From: Dehalococcoidia bacterium
GTDB lineage: Bacteria; Chloroflexota; Dehalococcoidia; SZUA-161; SpSt-899
Reading direction: 5' to 3'
Length of the DNA: 64,000 nucleotides
Assembly (NCBI GenBank): GCA_046498265.1
Contig: JAWOBB010000054.1
Span: forward strand, 12,026-76,025
Every line of letters starts with the position of its first letter. Within the stretch, counting starts at the first letter, position 1. Positions 46,035 to 55,389 of this stretch are shown here, one piece after another. Position numbers and translations under genes: made by a program. The notes under the pieces were generated by a model. The model was not told the DNA's origin, did no database searches, and worked only from the letters and a program-made list of their open reading frames with translations.

Positions 46035-46886
46035 TTACTGCCCCTGCATCCTGGCCATCCACCGGCTGGAAATCAGGCGGGTCAAACTGTTAATTACGAT
46101 GATGGTAATTATCAGCATCACCCCCGCGCCGAAAGCCGCCTCAACGTCGTTGTACTCCATCGCCCTGGCCAGCAAATCCAGGGACAGGGTGGATGAGGGA
46201 TCCATCGGCGATTCGGGCAGATGCATGGCGCTGCCCCCCATAGTCACGTAAAGGCAGGCGGTTTCCTCGACCGCCCTGCCCAGCGCCAGGATTATCGCCG
46301 TGACGATGCCGGGCATAGCCCCGGCCAGAACAACGTGCCTTATCGTCTCCCACTTGGTTGCACCCAATGCGTAGGAGGCCTCCCGGTATGAGCGGGGAAC
46401 CGCCTTGACAGACTCCTCGGTGGTGCGAATAACGGTCGGCAGCACCAGGCAGGCCAGTGTCAGCGCGCCCGCGATGATGGAGAACCCCAGGCTCAGCGCC
46501 ATCACAAAGAGGGCAAACCCGAACATGCCGAAGAGTATCGAAGGGATGCCGGCAAGCGTTTCGATCACCCATCGAATGGCCGCCGTCAGCCAGTTATCCC
46601 GGGCATATTCGGCCATGTAAATGCCGGCCCCGATTCCCAGCGGACAGGCAAATCCCAGGGTGAGAGCCACAATCCAGCCCGTTCCGACAAGCGATGACCG
46701 GATGCCGCCCGTCTCCCCGGTAATCCCGCCGGTCCGATCGGTGCTGACGAACTCCCAGTCGATGGCCCCTACCCCCTTGACGAAAACGTAGCCGATGATG
46801 AAAACCAGCGCCGCGATACCTATCCCCGCGGCAAGCCAGCACAATCCGAAGGCGACGTTTTGCGTAAGTTTGGCGGACATCTTCAT
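46035..46886 (-). CDS. pstA: Phosphate ABC transporter permease PstA
   Basis: Permease with an EAA-like loop. It lies in pstSCAB order. Confidence 0.9.
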   Translation of the reverse strand: MKMSAKLTQNVAFGLCWLAAGIGIAALVFIIGYVFVKGVGAIDWEFVSTDRTGGITGETGGIRSSLVGTGWIVALTLGFACPLGIGAGIYMAEYARDNWLTAAIRWVIETLAGIPSILFGMFGFALFVMALSLGFSIIAGALTLACLVLPTVIRTTEESVKAVPRSYREASYALGATKWETIRHVVLAGAMPGIVTAIILALGRAVEETACLYVTMGGSAMHLPESPMDPSSTLSLDLLARAMEYNDVEAAFGAGVMLIITIIVINSLTRLISSRWMARMQGQ

Positions 46887-47776
46887 TTGAACTGCCTCCG
46901 GCGCAGTATCATGGCCACGCTGTTTAAGGCCAGTATGAAGACCAGCAGGATGATGCCGTCGGCAAACAGGGCGCTCCAGTGGACATCGGCGGCATATTTG
47001 ATTTCAATGGCCGGGGTGGTGGTCAGCGTGCGCCCTGAGTCTAAAGGGGTTTGGGGCATGAGCAGTGAGTTTCCCATCACCATGTATACGGCCATAGTCT
47101 CGCCGATGGCCCGGCCCATGCCCAGAACGATGGCCGCCAGTATCCCGGAACGGGCCGCCGGGAGAACGGCATGCCACATGGCCTGCCACCTGGTTGAGCC
47201 AAGGGCCAGCGCCCCTTCACGATATTCCCTGGGGACGGCTCGAAGGCTGTCTTCACTGACGCTGACGATGGTGGGCAGCACCATGATCGATACCACGATG
47301 GCTCCCGCCAGGATGCTGTCCCCGTAACCGCCGATTCTGGCAATCTGGGGAACCAGGAATATCATGCCCACCAGTCCGTAAACGACCGAGGGTATACCTA
47401 CCAGGAGCTCGATAGCCGGGCGGACAACCTGCCTTATCCTGAGAGGAGAAACCTCGGCCAGGAAGATGGCACACATGATGCCGATGGGAACGGCCATCAC
47501 CAGGGCCAGGGCGGTGATATAGAACGACCCGACGATGAACGGCAGCATGCCGAATTTGCCCTGGCCGGGCCGCCACTCGGTACCGGAAACCATATCCCAG
47601 ACACCGATATCCTGAAACGCGGGCAGGGCTTCCCGCAGAAGGAAAATGACGATGAGCGCCACTATGAAGATGCCGCTCAGGCCGCACAGGAGAATGGTCC
47701 AGCGCCATGAGTGGTCGGCAAAGTAGCGCAACCTCAAACGTCTCAGTTGAGGAACCAGCAGGTAAGGTACTTTCAT
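46883..47776 (-). CDS. pstC: Phosphate ABC transporter permease PstC
   Basis: Permease that overlaps pstA by 4 nt. Confidence 0.9.
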   Translation of the reverse strand: MKVPYLLVPQLRRLRLRYFADHSWRWTILLCGLSGIFIVALIVIFLLREALPAFQDIGVWDMVSGTEWRPGQGKFGMLPFIVGSFYITALALVMAVPIGIMCAIFLAEVSPLRIRQVVRPAIELLVGIPSVVYGLVGMIFLVPQIARIGGYGDSILAGAIVVSIMVLPTIVSVSEDSLRAVPREYREGALALGSTRWQAMWHAVLPAARSGILAAIVLGMGRAIGETMAVYMVMGNSLLMPQTPLDSGRTLTTTPAIEIKYAADVHWSALFADGIILLVFILALNSVAMILRRRQFK

Positions 47777-47795
47777 TCTCTTATATATGCCAATC

Positions 47796-47870
47796 CCCGG
47801 CAGGCCTGTTCAGCCTGCCGGGCTTTGCTCTGGCAAATCCTGGTTCCGAGGGCAGGTTTGAAACCTGCCC
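47796..47870 (-). other. Two strong intercistronic GC hairpins between pstS and pstC (10 bp stem CCCGGCAGGC/GCCTGCCGGG; 8 bp stem GGGCAGGT/ACCTGCCC)
   Basis: Both are readable directly. Neither is followed by a U-tract on the mRNA strand, suggesting an mRNA-stability or partial-attenuation function typical of pstS-pstC junctions. Confidence 0.5.
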
Positions 47871-48725
47871 CTACTTGACCAATGGGATATATCCTTCCGT
47901 CTCGGCTATCTGCTGCCCTTCATCGCTGCGGCAGAAATCGATGAATTCCTTAACCGCCCCATCGGGAACATCGCGCGTAAGCAGATACAGCCTCCTGAGA
48001 ATCGGGTATTTGCCGTTTCGGCAGTTTTCCATGCTGGGGTCTACACCGTCAAGGGTTACGGCCTTTAAGTTTCCCACATACCCCAGGGAAAGGAACCCGA
48101 TGGCATCGGGTTCCGACTCCACCTTGGTCTTGACCGCCCCGTTCGAATCGAAGAACAGTGCATCCAGCTTGATTTCTTTAGTCACCTTCGATTCAAAGCA
48201 GTCGCGCGTCCCGGAGCCCTCTTCACGTGATATCACCACGATTCCGGCATCGTTGCCGCCCACCTCGCTCCAGTTGGTTATATCGCCTTCATATATCTTC
48301 TTTACCTGCTCCAGCGACAATTCCGAAACCGGGTTACTGGGATGAACCGCAATGGCTACAGCATCGCGGGCTATTGCAATCGGTATAAGATCGGGCTCGG
48401 TTATTTTCACGTCTCGGGATGCGGCACCAATGTCAGCCATACCCTTGGCACAGGATTGCACACCGGCACTGGAGCCGCCGCCGGAGACCGTGACCCTGAC
48501 TTTGGGATGGATACCCATGAATTCGGCCGCCATCTTTTCGGCCAGTGGCTGGACGCTGGTGGACCCGGCCTCACTAATGTTGCCGGAGAGTTCCACCCCA
48601 CCGGAATCCCCATTGCCTCCCCCATTCCCGTTCGTATCATCGTCATCCGAGCTGCATCCCGTAAGCACCGGCACCAGCGAAATCAACAGAACAAGAGCCA
48701 ATACCATCAACAAATTTCTTTTCAC
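47871..48725 (-). CDS. pstS: Phosphate-binding lipoprotein PstS
   Basis: Start placed at GTG 48725 (AAAAGGAG RBS; KRNLLMVLALVLLISLVPVLTGCSS lipoprotein signal). The ORF-track 5' extension to 48866 is not signal-peptide-like. Confidence 0.85.
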   Translation of the reverse strand: MKRNLLMVLALVLLISLVPVLTGCSSDDDDTNGNGGGNGDSGGVELSGNISEAGSTSVQPLAEKMAAEFMGIHPKVRVTVSGGGSSAGVQSCAKGMADIGAASRDVKITEPDLIPIAIARDAVAIAVHPSNPVSELSLEQVKKIYEGDITNWSEVGGNDAGIVVISREEGSGTRDCFESKVTKEIKLDALFFDSNGAVKTKVESEPDAIGFLSLGYVGNLKAVTLDGVDPSMENCRNGKYPILRRLYLLTRDVPDGAVKEFIDFCRSDEGQQIAETEGYIPLVK

Positions 48726-48892
48726 TAAATCCACTCCTTTTACTTTTTTATCTGGTTTATCGATAACGGCTGCAGATGATCTCACAAACCGATTGTTTGC
48801 CAGTGAAGCCTCGAAAATATGGCTTTTGCCGGCGTTGTGTCCGTGGACAAAGAGGGATTTTCCCATGCTCTACCTCAAAATTAGCATGGAGA

Positions 48893-48931
48893 ATTTAACG
48901 CCGATTTAAGTGGATGTTAAGGGAATGTTAA
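48893..48931 (-). promoter_or_regulatory. Pho-box array: four direct TTAACA/TTAAAT repeats with exact 11 bp phasing upstream of pstS
   Basis: On the minus strand it reads TTAACAttccc TTAACAtccac TTAAATcggcg TTAAATtctcc. It lies about 170-200 nt upstream of the pstS start. Confidence 0.6.
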
Positions 48932-48950
48932 AATTTTGGGGAGGGGTGAA

Positions 48951-50726
48951 TCAGGTTTCCGAACTGAGAGGCAGTTTAAAACTGAAGGTGGTCCCCGGCT
49001 CAGGGCCGCTCTCGGCCCATATCCGGCCGCCGTGAACCTGAACGAGGTGCTTGGCAATAGCCAGCCCGAGCCCGGTTCCCTCGCTGGAGCGGGCCTTGTC
49101 CGCTTTGTAGAAGCGCTCGAATACGTGGGGCAGATCGTCAGGGGAAATTCCCACCCCGTTATCCGCAATGGAGACGACCACACCGTCGTCTTCGGGCACC
49201 GTGGAAACCCTGATCTCGCCACCGCCGGGGGTAAACTTGATGGCATTGTGGAGCAGATTGGTCAGCACCTGCTGGATGCGTTCATTTTCGGCCCTTACCC
49301 CGGGTAAATCCTGTCCCAGAGAGCGAACCAGGTTGATCTGCTTTCGATCTATCTGGGGTTCGAGCCTTGAAATACACTCTTCCACAACGGAATTGATATC
49401 CAGAGGCGCCAGTTGAAGTTCCATCTGGCCGGTCTCAATCCGGGAAAGCTCGGCCAGCTCCCTCACCATTTGAGTCATCCGGTCGGTTTCGCTATCGATC
49501 TTGGCCAGAAACTGGCGGGCCATCTCGGGGTCGTTCACCAGCCCCTCGCTCATGGTTTCCGTAACCGCCTTGATGGAGGCAAGCGGGGTGCGCAGCTCAT
49601 GGGAGATATTGGCAATGAAATTCTGCCTTACCGACTGCAAACGCCGGACCTGGGTGAGATCCTGGAAAATCAGCAGGGATCCCATGGCTTCGTGGTAAGC
49701 CACGGGAGAGACGATCACCTGCAGCAATCTGCCCTTTGGCACCTGCTCGATCTGCCGCACCTGTACCTCGCCTGTACTCGAGTAGCTTCTGAAAATTTCA
49801 TCCACCTCGTGGTCGGGGATGATTTCGATCAGCCTGCGGCCGGCAGCAGCGGATTCCTCGAACCCGAACATCTTCCCGGCGGCGGGATTGGCCATGACCA
49901 CCGTCCCGGAAACGTCGGTCATCACCACCCCGTCGACCATGGCATCCAGAACCGCGGCAAGCTTGTTCCGCTCCACCGACAAATCCTGAAACAGGGCCTT
50001 CAGGTTTCGAGCCATCTCGTTGAAGGCTTCTGCCAGCTCGGCGGACTCGTCTTGTGTTTCGGGATAGATGGTCTGTTCGAGCTCCCCTGCCGAAATCCTT
50101 TTAGCCGCATTGGTCAGTGCCTTGAGGGGACGGGTAGTGCTCCTGGCGATGTAGAGCGCTATCAGGATGGTGAACGCCGCCGCCACGCCGATGGCGATAC
50201 CGACGTTCCTCTGTAAGCTTGCAACGGAATTGTCCACATCGGTGGTAGAAAGAGCCACCCGGGCAACCCCCAGCACTGTGCCGTTTACTTCAACAGGTAC
50301 GGCAACATACATCAACCGGTCATCGACCGTGGTGCTGTATCGCTGGCTTTCCCCTACACCGGTGGACAAAGCTTCCTGCACTTCCAGCCGGTTGAGGTGG
50401 TTTTCCATTGAAGCCGGGTCCTCATCCGAATCGCCAAAGACGGTACCGTCATTGCCGATAATAGTCACCCGGGCATCGATTCGCTCACCCAGGATTTCGG
50501 CCAGATTGTCGAGCTCCTCAATCGATGGATTTTCAATGTCGGGGAGGCTGGCTTCGGCAATCAAAAGGGCTTCGCCCTCAAGCTGTGATTTCAAATCGTC
50601 GATTCGCTCATCGCGAACGAAGTCGACCACATAGAATCCGGAGATCCCCATGCTTAAGAGGATGAGGAAAGTGAAAGGAATGGCAATTCGCCACTGGATA
50701 CTGCGGAACATGTTCTGCAACTGCAC
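48951..50726 (-). CDS. phoR: Phosphate-regulon sensor histidine kinase (TM-HAMP-PAS-HisKA-HATPase)
   Basis: H-box ISHELRTPLASI plus N/G boxes. It is adjacent to a PhoB-type response regulator and the pst operon. Confidence 0.85.
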   Translation of the reverse strand: MQLQNMFRSIQWRIAIPFTFLILLSMGISGFYVVDFVRDERIDDLKSQLEGEALLIAEASLPDIENPSIEELDNLAEILGERIDARVTIIGNDGTVFGDSDEDPASMENHLNRLEVQEALSTGVGESQRYSTTVDDRLMYVAVPVEVNGTVLGVARVALSTTDVDNSVASLQRNVGIAIGVAAAFTILIALYIARSTTRPLKALTNAAKRISAGELEQTIYPETQDESAELAEAFNEMARNLKALFQDLSVERNKLAAVLDAMVDGVVMTDVSGTVVMANPAAGKMFGFEESAAAGRRLIEIIPDHEVDEIFRSYSSTGEVQVRQIEQVPKGRLLQVIVSPVAYHEAMGSLLIFQDLTQVRRLQSVRQNFIANISHELRTPLASIKAVTETMSEGLVNDPEMARQFLAKIDSETDRMTQMVRELAELSRIETGQMELQLAPLDINSVVEECISRLEPQIDRKQINLVRSLGQDLPGVRAENERIQQVLTNLLHNAIKFTPGGGEIRVSTVPEDDGVVVSIADNGVGISPDDLPHVFERFYKADKARSSEGTGLGLAIAKHLVQVHGGRIWAESGPEPGTTFSFKLPLSSET

Positions 50727-50735
50727 AAGCCCTGC

Positions 50736-51431
50736 CTAGCCCTCCATTTTGTAACCGATCCCTCTAACAGTGACCAGCAGTTGCGGACGAGAGGGGTCAT
50801 TTTCAATCTTCTCCCGGAGCCAGCGAACATGCACATCGACGGTCCGGGTTCCACCTGCATAATCGTAATCCCAAACCCGCTCAAGCAAAGCGTCGCGGGA
50901 GTACACGTGGCCCCGGTTCCGGGCCAGGAAAGCGAGCAAATCGAATTCCTTGGGCTTGAGGCTCAAGGGGGCTCCGCCGAGCAAAACGGAATGTTTTTTG
51001 ATGTCGATGGTAAGCGAGCCGATTTGAATCAGATTTTCATCCGATGCCTCCACCGGCTGGGCCATCTCAGCCCTTCGCAGCATGGCCTTTATTCTCGCCT
51101 TAAGCTCGCGCATGCTGAAGGGCTTGGTCATATAATCATCGGCCCCCAGTTCCAGGCCGAGGACTTTATCGATTTCCTCCTCTTTAGCCGTAAGCATCAA
51201 AACGGGAACGGTCATATCCCGGCGCAGCCGGCGGCAGACCTCAAAACCGTCGATTTGAGGCAGCATAATATCCAGAACAATCAGGTCGGGTGATTCGGTC
51301 CGGGCCAGCTCCAGTGCTTTTAAACCGTCAGCAGCGGTTATCACCCGGTAACCTTCGGCCTCCAGGTTGTACTGAAGCATCTCCCGTAAAGTCGCTTCAT
51401 CTTCAACTACCAGTATTTTGTTTGCCGGCAT
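50736..51431 (-). CDS. phoB: OmpR/PhoB-family response regulator (PhoB/PhoP)
   Basis: ILVVEDE...D...LP receiver and a C-terminal winged-helix ([35 protein letters not shown]). Confidence 0.85.
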   Translation of the reverse strand: MPANKILVVEDEATLREMLQYNLEAEGYRVITAADGLKALELARTESPDLIVLDIMLPQIDGFEVCRRLRRDMTVPVLMLTAKEEEIDKVLGLELGADDYMTKPFSMRELKARIKAMLRRAEMAQPVEASDENLIQIGSLTIDIKKHSVLLGGAPLSLKPKEFDLLAFLARNRGHVYSRDALLERVWDYDYAGGTRTVDVHVRWLREKIENDPSRPQLLVTVRGIGYKMEG

Positions 51432-51435
51432 TGGC

Positions 51436-52251
51436 TTATTTCCGGGCCAGGTACTGATTTATCCGGGCGCGCAGTTTGGAAGCGGCCAGCCTGGCTGCCG
51501 TGGGGAAATCGGTTCCTCTGGAGGCATAGATTATCTGGCGGGAACTGGTGATAATGGCCTTCTCTTGATTCGCATCCACCCCGAAGCGCACCGACGAGGC
51601 CAGGGAGCCCCTTTGCGGGCCGATGCCCGGGATGAGCAGCGGCATATCGGGGCATAACTCCCGAACCCGCTTGAGAGGAGCAGGCTGGTTAGCCCCTACA
51701 ACAAGACCGATATTCATGTTGGTATTCCACTCGGAGGCTTTCACGGCCACTATCTCGAACAGCGAAAGCCTTCCCGAAGCGGAATCCGCCTGGCATTGAA
51801 GTTTCTGCAAATCCGGGGCACTGGGATTCGAGGTATGGCAAAGGATGAAAACGCCCTTGTCCGCATACTCCGTAAACGGCTGGACGGAGTCGAGCCCCAG
51901 ATACGGGTTGACGGTGGCGGCGTCGAAGCCGAAAACCTCGAAGATGGCCCGGGCATATTTTCTGGCGGTGTTGCCGATATCTGAGCGTTTGGCATCGCCG
52001 ATAACCGGGATATTCTGAGGAATATGTTTGATGGTCTCATCGAGCTTGAGGAGGCCATCAGTTCCCAGTGCTTCATAAAAGGCAAAATTCGGCTTGTAGG
52101 CACAAACCATGTCTTCAGTTGCCCTGATGATCTGACGTCCCCACTCAACAACATCTACTTCGGGCATGAGTACCGCATCGGGATCGAGGCCGATGCACAG
52201 CAGGCTGTTGTTCTTCCGGGAGGCGGCGAGCAGTTTTTCAATAAAGTTCAT
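51436..52251 (-). CDS. pyrF: Orotidine-5'-phosphate decarboxylase (type 2)
   Basis: LCIGLDPD...[11 protein letters not shown]...[13 protein letters not shown] motifs. Confidence 0.85.
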   Translation of the reverse strand: MNFIEKLLAASRKNNSLLCIGLDPDAVLMPEVDVVEWGRQIIRATEDMVCAYKPNFAFYEALGTDGLLKLDETIKHIPQNIPVIGDAKRSDIGNTARKYARAIFEVFGFDAATVNPYLGLDSVQPFTEYADKGVFILCHTSNPSAPDLQKLQCQADSASGRLSLFEIVAVKASEWNTNMNIGLVVGANQPAPLKRVRELCPDMPLLIPGIGPQRGSLASSVRFGVDANQEKAIITSSRQIIYASRGTDFPTAARLAASKLRARINQYLARK

Positions 52252-52281
52252 TTTTTGATATGAATGAATTAAAACATACTG

Positions 52282-53760
52282 TCAAGAATTTGCCAACTTG
52301 TCGATGGCTGCCTCGATCCGCTTGAGGCACTTTTCCCTGCCCAGAACACTCATGGTCTCAAACAAGCCGGGAGAAGCGGTCCGCCCGGTGCAGGCTGCCC
52401 TTAAGGGACTGAAAAGCTGCCCGGCCTTCAGCCCCATCTCTTCGGCCAGCGAGCGCAGGGAGCTTTCCAGCGAATCGTGATTCCATTCCTCCAGCGAGCC
52501 AAGCCTTTCCAGTCCGGCCTTCAGCGCTTTGAGGGTCGACTCCTTATCCATCTTTTTGGCAATCAAGAGGGATGGATCGTATTCGAGTTCATCGCCGAGG
52601 AAGAAGAAATCGGCATAGCCGGCCACTTCCTTGAAGGTGTTGATGCGTTCCTGAATCAGGGGAATTATCTGTCTGGTGTAGTCCTCCGGGATGGGACGGG
52701 GCACCGACGCCGGCAGAGCGCTTTCCAGGAACGGCATGATGTGTTTCAACAACTCTTCGGTGGACATCTGGCGAATGTATAATCCGTTCATCCAGTGAAG
52801 CTTCTCGTGGTTGAAGACGGCGGCGGTCTTGCTGATGCGCTCGATGGTGAAGTATTCGATTAACTCATCTGGGCTGAAGATTTCCGTCTTATCGTCCAGC
52901 GACCAGCCCAGAAGGGCCATGAAATTGAGCATTGCCCGGGGCAGGTATCCCTGTTCCTCAAATTCGGTAATCGCCGTGGCCCCATGGCGCTTGGAGAGCT
53001 TCGACTTATCCGGACCCAGGATCATGGGAAGATGGGCAAAAAGCGGCGGTTCCCAGCCGAGAGACTCATATAGCAGGACGTGGCGCGGCGTGCTGGATAG
53101 CCACTCATCGGCGCGCATGATGTGCGAGATTTGCATGAAATGGTCGTCGACGATGTTGGCCAGGTGGTATGTGGGGTAGCCGTCCGATTTGAGCAGCACC
53201 AGGTCATCCAGCTCGCTATGCTCGAAGGTGATATCCCCGCGGACAAGGTCATGGAAGGTCGTCCGCCCTTCCAGCGGAACCTTGAAGCGAATCACTGGCT
53301 TGATGCCCTGCGATTCGTATTCGGCCTGTTGCTCAGGGGTCAAATCGCGGCAGTGGCGGTCATAGGAGCGCACCGATTCCTTGCGCTCGACCATCTGCTG
53401 ACGCATTTGTTCGAGGCGTTCCGAAGAGCAGTAGCACTTGTAAGCGTTCCCGGTCTCGAGCAACTGCCGGGCATACTGCTGGTATAAATCGAGACGTTGC
53501 GACTGGAAATAAGGCCCACAGGGCCCGCCGACCTCGGGGCCCTCATCCCAGTCCAGCCCCAGCCATTTGAGGCTGTTGAGGATAATTTCCAGAGCTCCCT
53601 CCACTTTTCGCGACTGGTCGGTATCCTCGATGCGCAGGATGAAAGTTCCCCCGCTGTGGCGGGCAAAAAGCCAGTTGAAGAGCGCAGTGCGGATATTCCC
53701 GATATGTGGGTAACCTGTGGGGCTGGGGGCAAAGCGCACCCTTACTTTTTTGTCAGTCAT
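52282..53760 (-). CDS. gltX: Glutamate-tRNA ligase
   Basis: RFAPSPTGYPHIGNIRTALFNWL (HIGH) and KLSKRHG (KMSKS). Start placed at ATG 53760 (GGAG RBS). Confidence 0.9.
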   Translation of the reverse strand: MTDKKVRVRFAPSPTGYPHIGNIRTALFNWLFARHSGGTFILRIEDTDQSRKVEGALEIILNSLKWLGLDWDEGPEVGGPCGPYFQSQRLDLYQQYARQLLETGNAYKCYCSSERLEQMRQQMVERKESVRSYDRHCRDLTPEQQAEYESQGIKPVIRFKVPLEGRTTFHDLVRGDITFEHSELDDLVLLKSDGYPTYHLANIVDDHFMQISHIMRADEWLSSTPRHVLLYESLGWEPPLFAHLPMILGPDKSKLSKRHGATAITEFEEQGYLPRAMLNFMALLGWSLDDKTEIFSPDELIEYFTIERISKTAAVFNHEKLHWMNGLYIRQMSTEELLKHIMPFLESALPASVPRPIPEDYTRQIIPLIQERINTFKEVAGYADFFFLGDELEYDPSLLIAKKMDKESTLKALKAGLERLGSLEEWNHDSLESSLRSLAEEMGLKAGQLFSPLRAACTGRTASPGLFETMSVLGREKCLKRIEAAIDKLANS

Positions 53761-53781
53761 GTTTCTCCATCGACTAATCAA

Positions 53782-54234
53782 TCACCGGGGTAATTTTATC
53801 ACATATGTATCGGCGAATTTATCGGGGATCCCCTGCCGGCGGGAATCTACGGCTGCCCACAAAAAGGGAATCAGGCAGAAAACGGTGCAGATAATGTATC
53901 CCAGGTATCTAAGCAAAGCTTTTTCGGCGTTAAGCTCCTCTGAATCTGCCGGAACCACTTCTATTTTCATGGCCATTTTGCCCGGGGTTTGCCCCTTCCA
54001 CACCCAGAATCCCACAAAATAGGCACCGGCGATGAGAATGAGCAGCAGGCTGCCCGTACCGACAAACCAGATTCCGAGAACATCCGGCTCGTTGGAGAAG
54101 GAATTGACCCACCAGTACCACGGTTGAATCAGGCCGAAGGCGATGACGGGAGCCAGGCCGGACTGGATGACAGCCACTATCAGCGCATCGATCACCCAGG
54201 CGGCAAAACGGGGCCAGAAACCGGCATATTGCAT
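53782..54234 (-). CDS. RDD-family membrane protein
   Basis: 150 aa, 3 TM helices, RRQG...D motif region. Confidence 0.6.
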   Translation of the reverse strand: MQYAGFWPRFAAWVIDALIVAVIQSGLAPVIAFGLIQPWYWWVNSFSNEPDVLGIWFVGTGSLLLILIAGAYFVGFWVWKGQTPGKMAMKIEVVPADSEELNAEKALLRYLGYIICTVFCLIPFLWAAVDSRRQGIPDKFADTYVIKLPR

Positions 54235-54295
54235 AGCGTTCCCTATTCTAGCATTATCGGGAAGGGGAGTCTATGCGGGTAAAAATTTACCATCC

Positions 54296-54324
54296 TTGAC
54301 AAAGGCAGGTTCAAATTGTAAGTT
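54296..54324 (+). promoter_or_regulatory. Putative promoter of the MaoC-pair operon (TTGACA-17-TAAGTT)
   Basis: Canonical -35 with a 17 nt spacer, about 45 nt upstream of ATG 54371. Confidence 0.3.
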
Positions 54325-54370
54325 TAATTGGAAGATTAAACAAGTAGATTTGATTTTCGGAGGATTTGAT

Positions 54371-54787
54371 ATGGCGGAATCCGTAGTCACGGAAGAGATG
54401 AAAGGCTGGCTGAATAAGGAACTGAACCGCGTTGAATTCGATGTGGAGAAGGTGCTGTTGCGCCGGTATACCGAAGCGGTTGAAGACCCCAATCCGCGCT
54501 GGAAAGAGGTCATGCCCCCCAATATGTTCACCGCCATTTTCGCCGAGGGCGGGCTGGTGCAGTATCCTTTCGAGACACCGCAGAAGCTTCTTGACGGCGG
54601 GGGCGAATGGGAGTTTTTCGCTGAAGCCCGCCTGGGGGATAAGCTCACCGGCATTCGCAAAATCGTGGAATACAGGGAAAAAGAGGGAAAGCTGGGGCAT
54701 ATGCTGTTCGTTATCCGCCAGACCGAGTGGACCAATCAGCGAGGTGAGCTGGTGGCACGCAACCACTCAACCTCGATCCTTTATTAA
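54371..54787 (+). CDS. MaoC-N/FAS1-like hot-dog dehydratase subunit (non-catalytic partner type)
   Basis: 138 aa hot-dog fold pattern. GGAGGA RBS. Confidence 0.7.
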   Translation: MAESVVTEEMKGWLNKELNRVEFDVEKVLLRRYTEAVEDPNPRWKEVMPPNMFTAIFAEGGLVQYPFETPQKLLDGGGEWEFFAEARLGDKLTGIRKIVEYREKEGKLGHMLFVIRQTEWTNQRGELVARNHSTSILY

Positions 54788-54803
54788 TCCGGAGGAATCA
54801 TCA

Positions 54804-55235
54804 ATGAGCGAACAACTGTATTTTGAAGATGTCGAAGAGGGAGCCGAAATCCCCGCACTGATAAAAAATCCCACCACCATGCAGCTGGTGAAGTTCGCCG
54901 GGGCCTCGGAGGATTTCAATCCCATACACTATGATAAGGACAAGGCCCTGGCGGATGGCCTGCCGGGGGTTATCGTCCACGGACGCCTGAAGAACGCCTT
55001 CCTGATTCAGGTGCTGACCGACTGGATTGGCGAGGAGGGATGGCTGAAGAAGATAGCCATCCAGCACCGGGGCATGGACCAGCCCTGGCACCCGATTGCC
55101 TGCAAAGGCACGGTGAGCAGAAAATATGTTGAAGATGATGAGCATCTTGTCGACTGCGAGGTCTGGACGGAGAACGAAAAGGGGGAGAAGACCGCACCGG
55201 CCACGGCCACGGTGAGGCTGCCTTCGCGGAGCTAA
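54804..55235 (+). CDS. MaoC-like (R)-specific enoyl-CoA hydratase/dehydratase hot-dog subunit
   Basis: [18 protein letters not shown]...GVIVHG hydratase-2 motif. GGAGGA RBS. Confidence 0.75.
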   Translation: MSEQLYFEDVEEGAEIPALIKNPTTMQLVKFAGASEDFNPIHYDKDKALADGLPGVIVHGRLKNAFLIQVLTDWIGEEGWLKKIAIQHRGMDQPWHPIACKGTVSRKYVEDDEHLVDCEVWTENEKGEKTAPATATVRLPSRS

Positions 55236-55389
55236 GCATTCCCTAGGATACCAAAAAAGAGGTGCAGGATTCTTCCTGCCGGGGGTCTGGGGGTGTCCCC
55301 CAGCTTCAAACTTCCCCCAAGATTGGGGGATCGAGGGGGTTGAAGAGGACTCATTGGTCAGAAATGAAGTCAATGAGAGTAAGAAGCCT

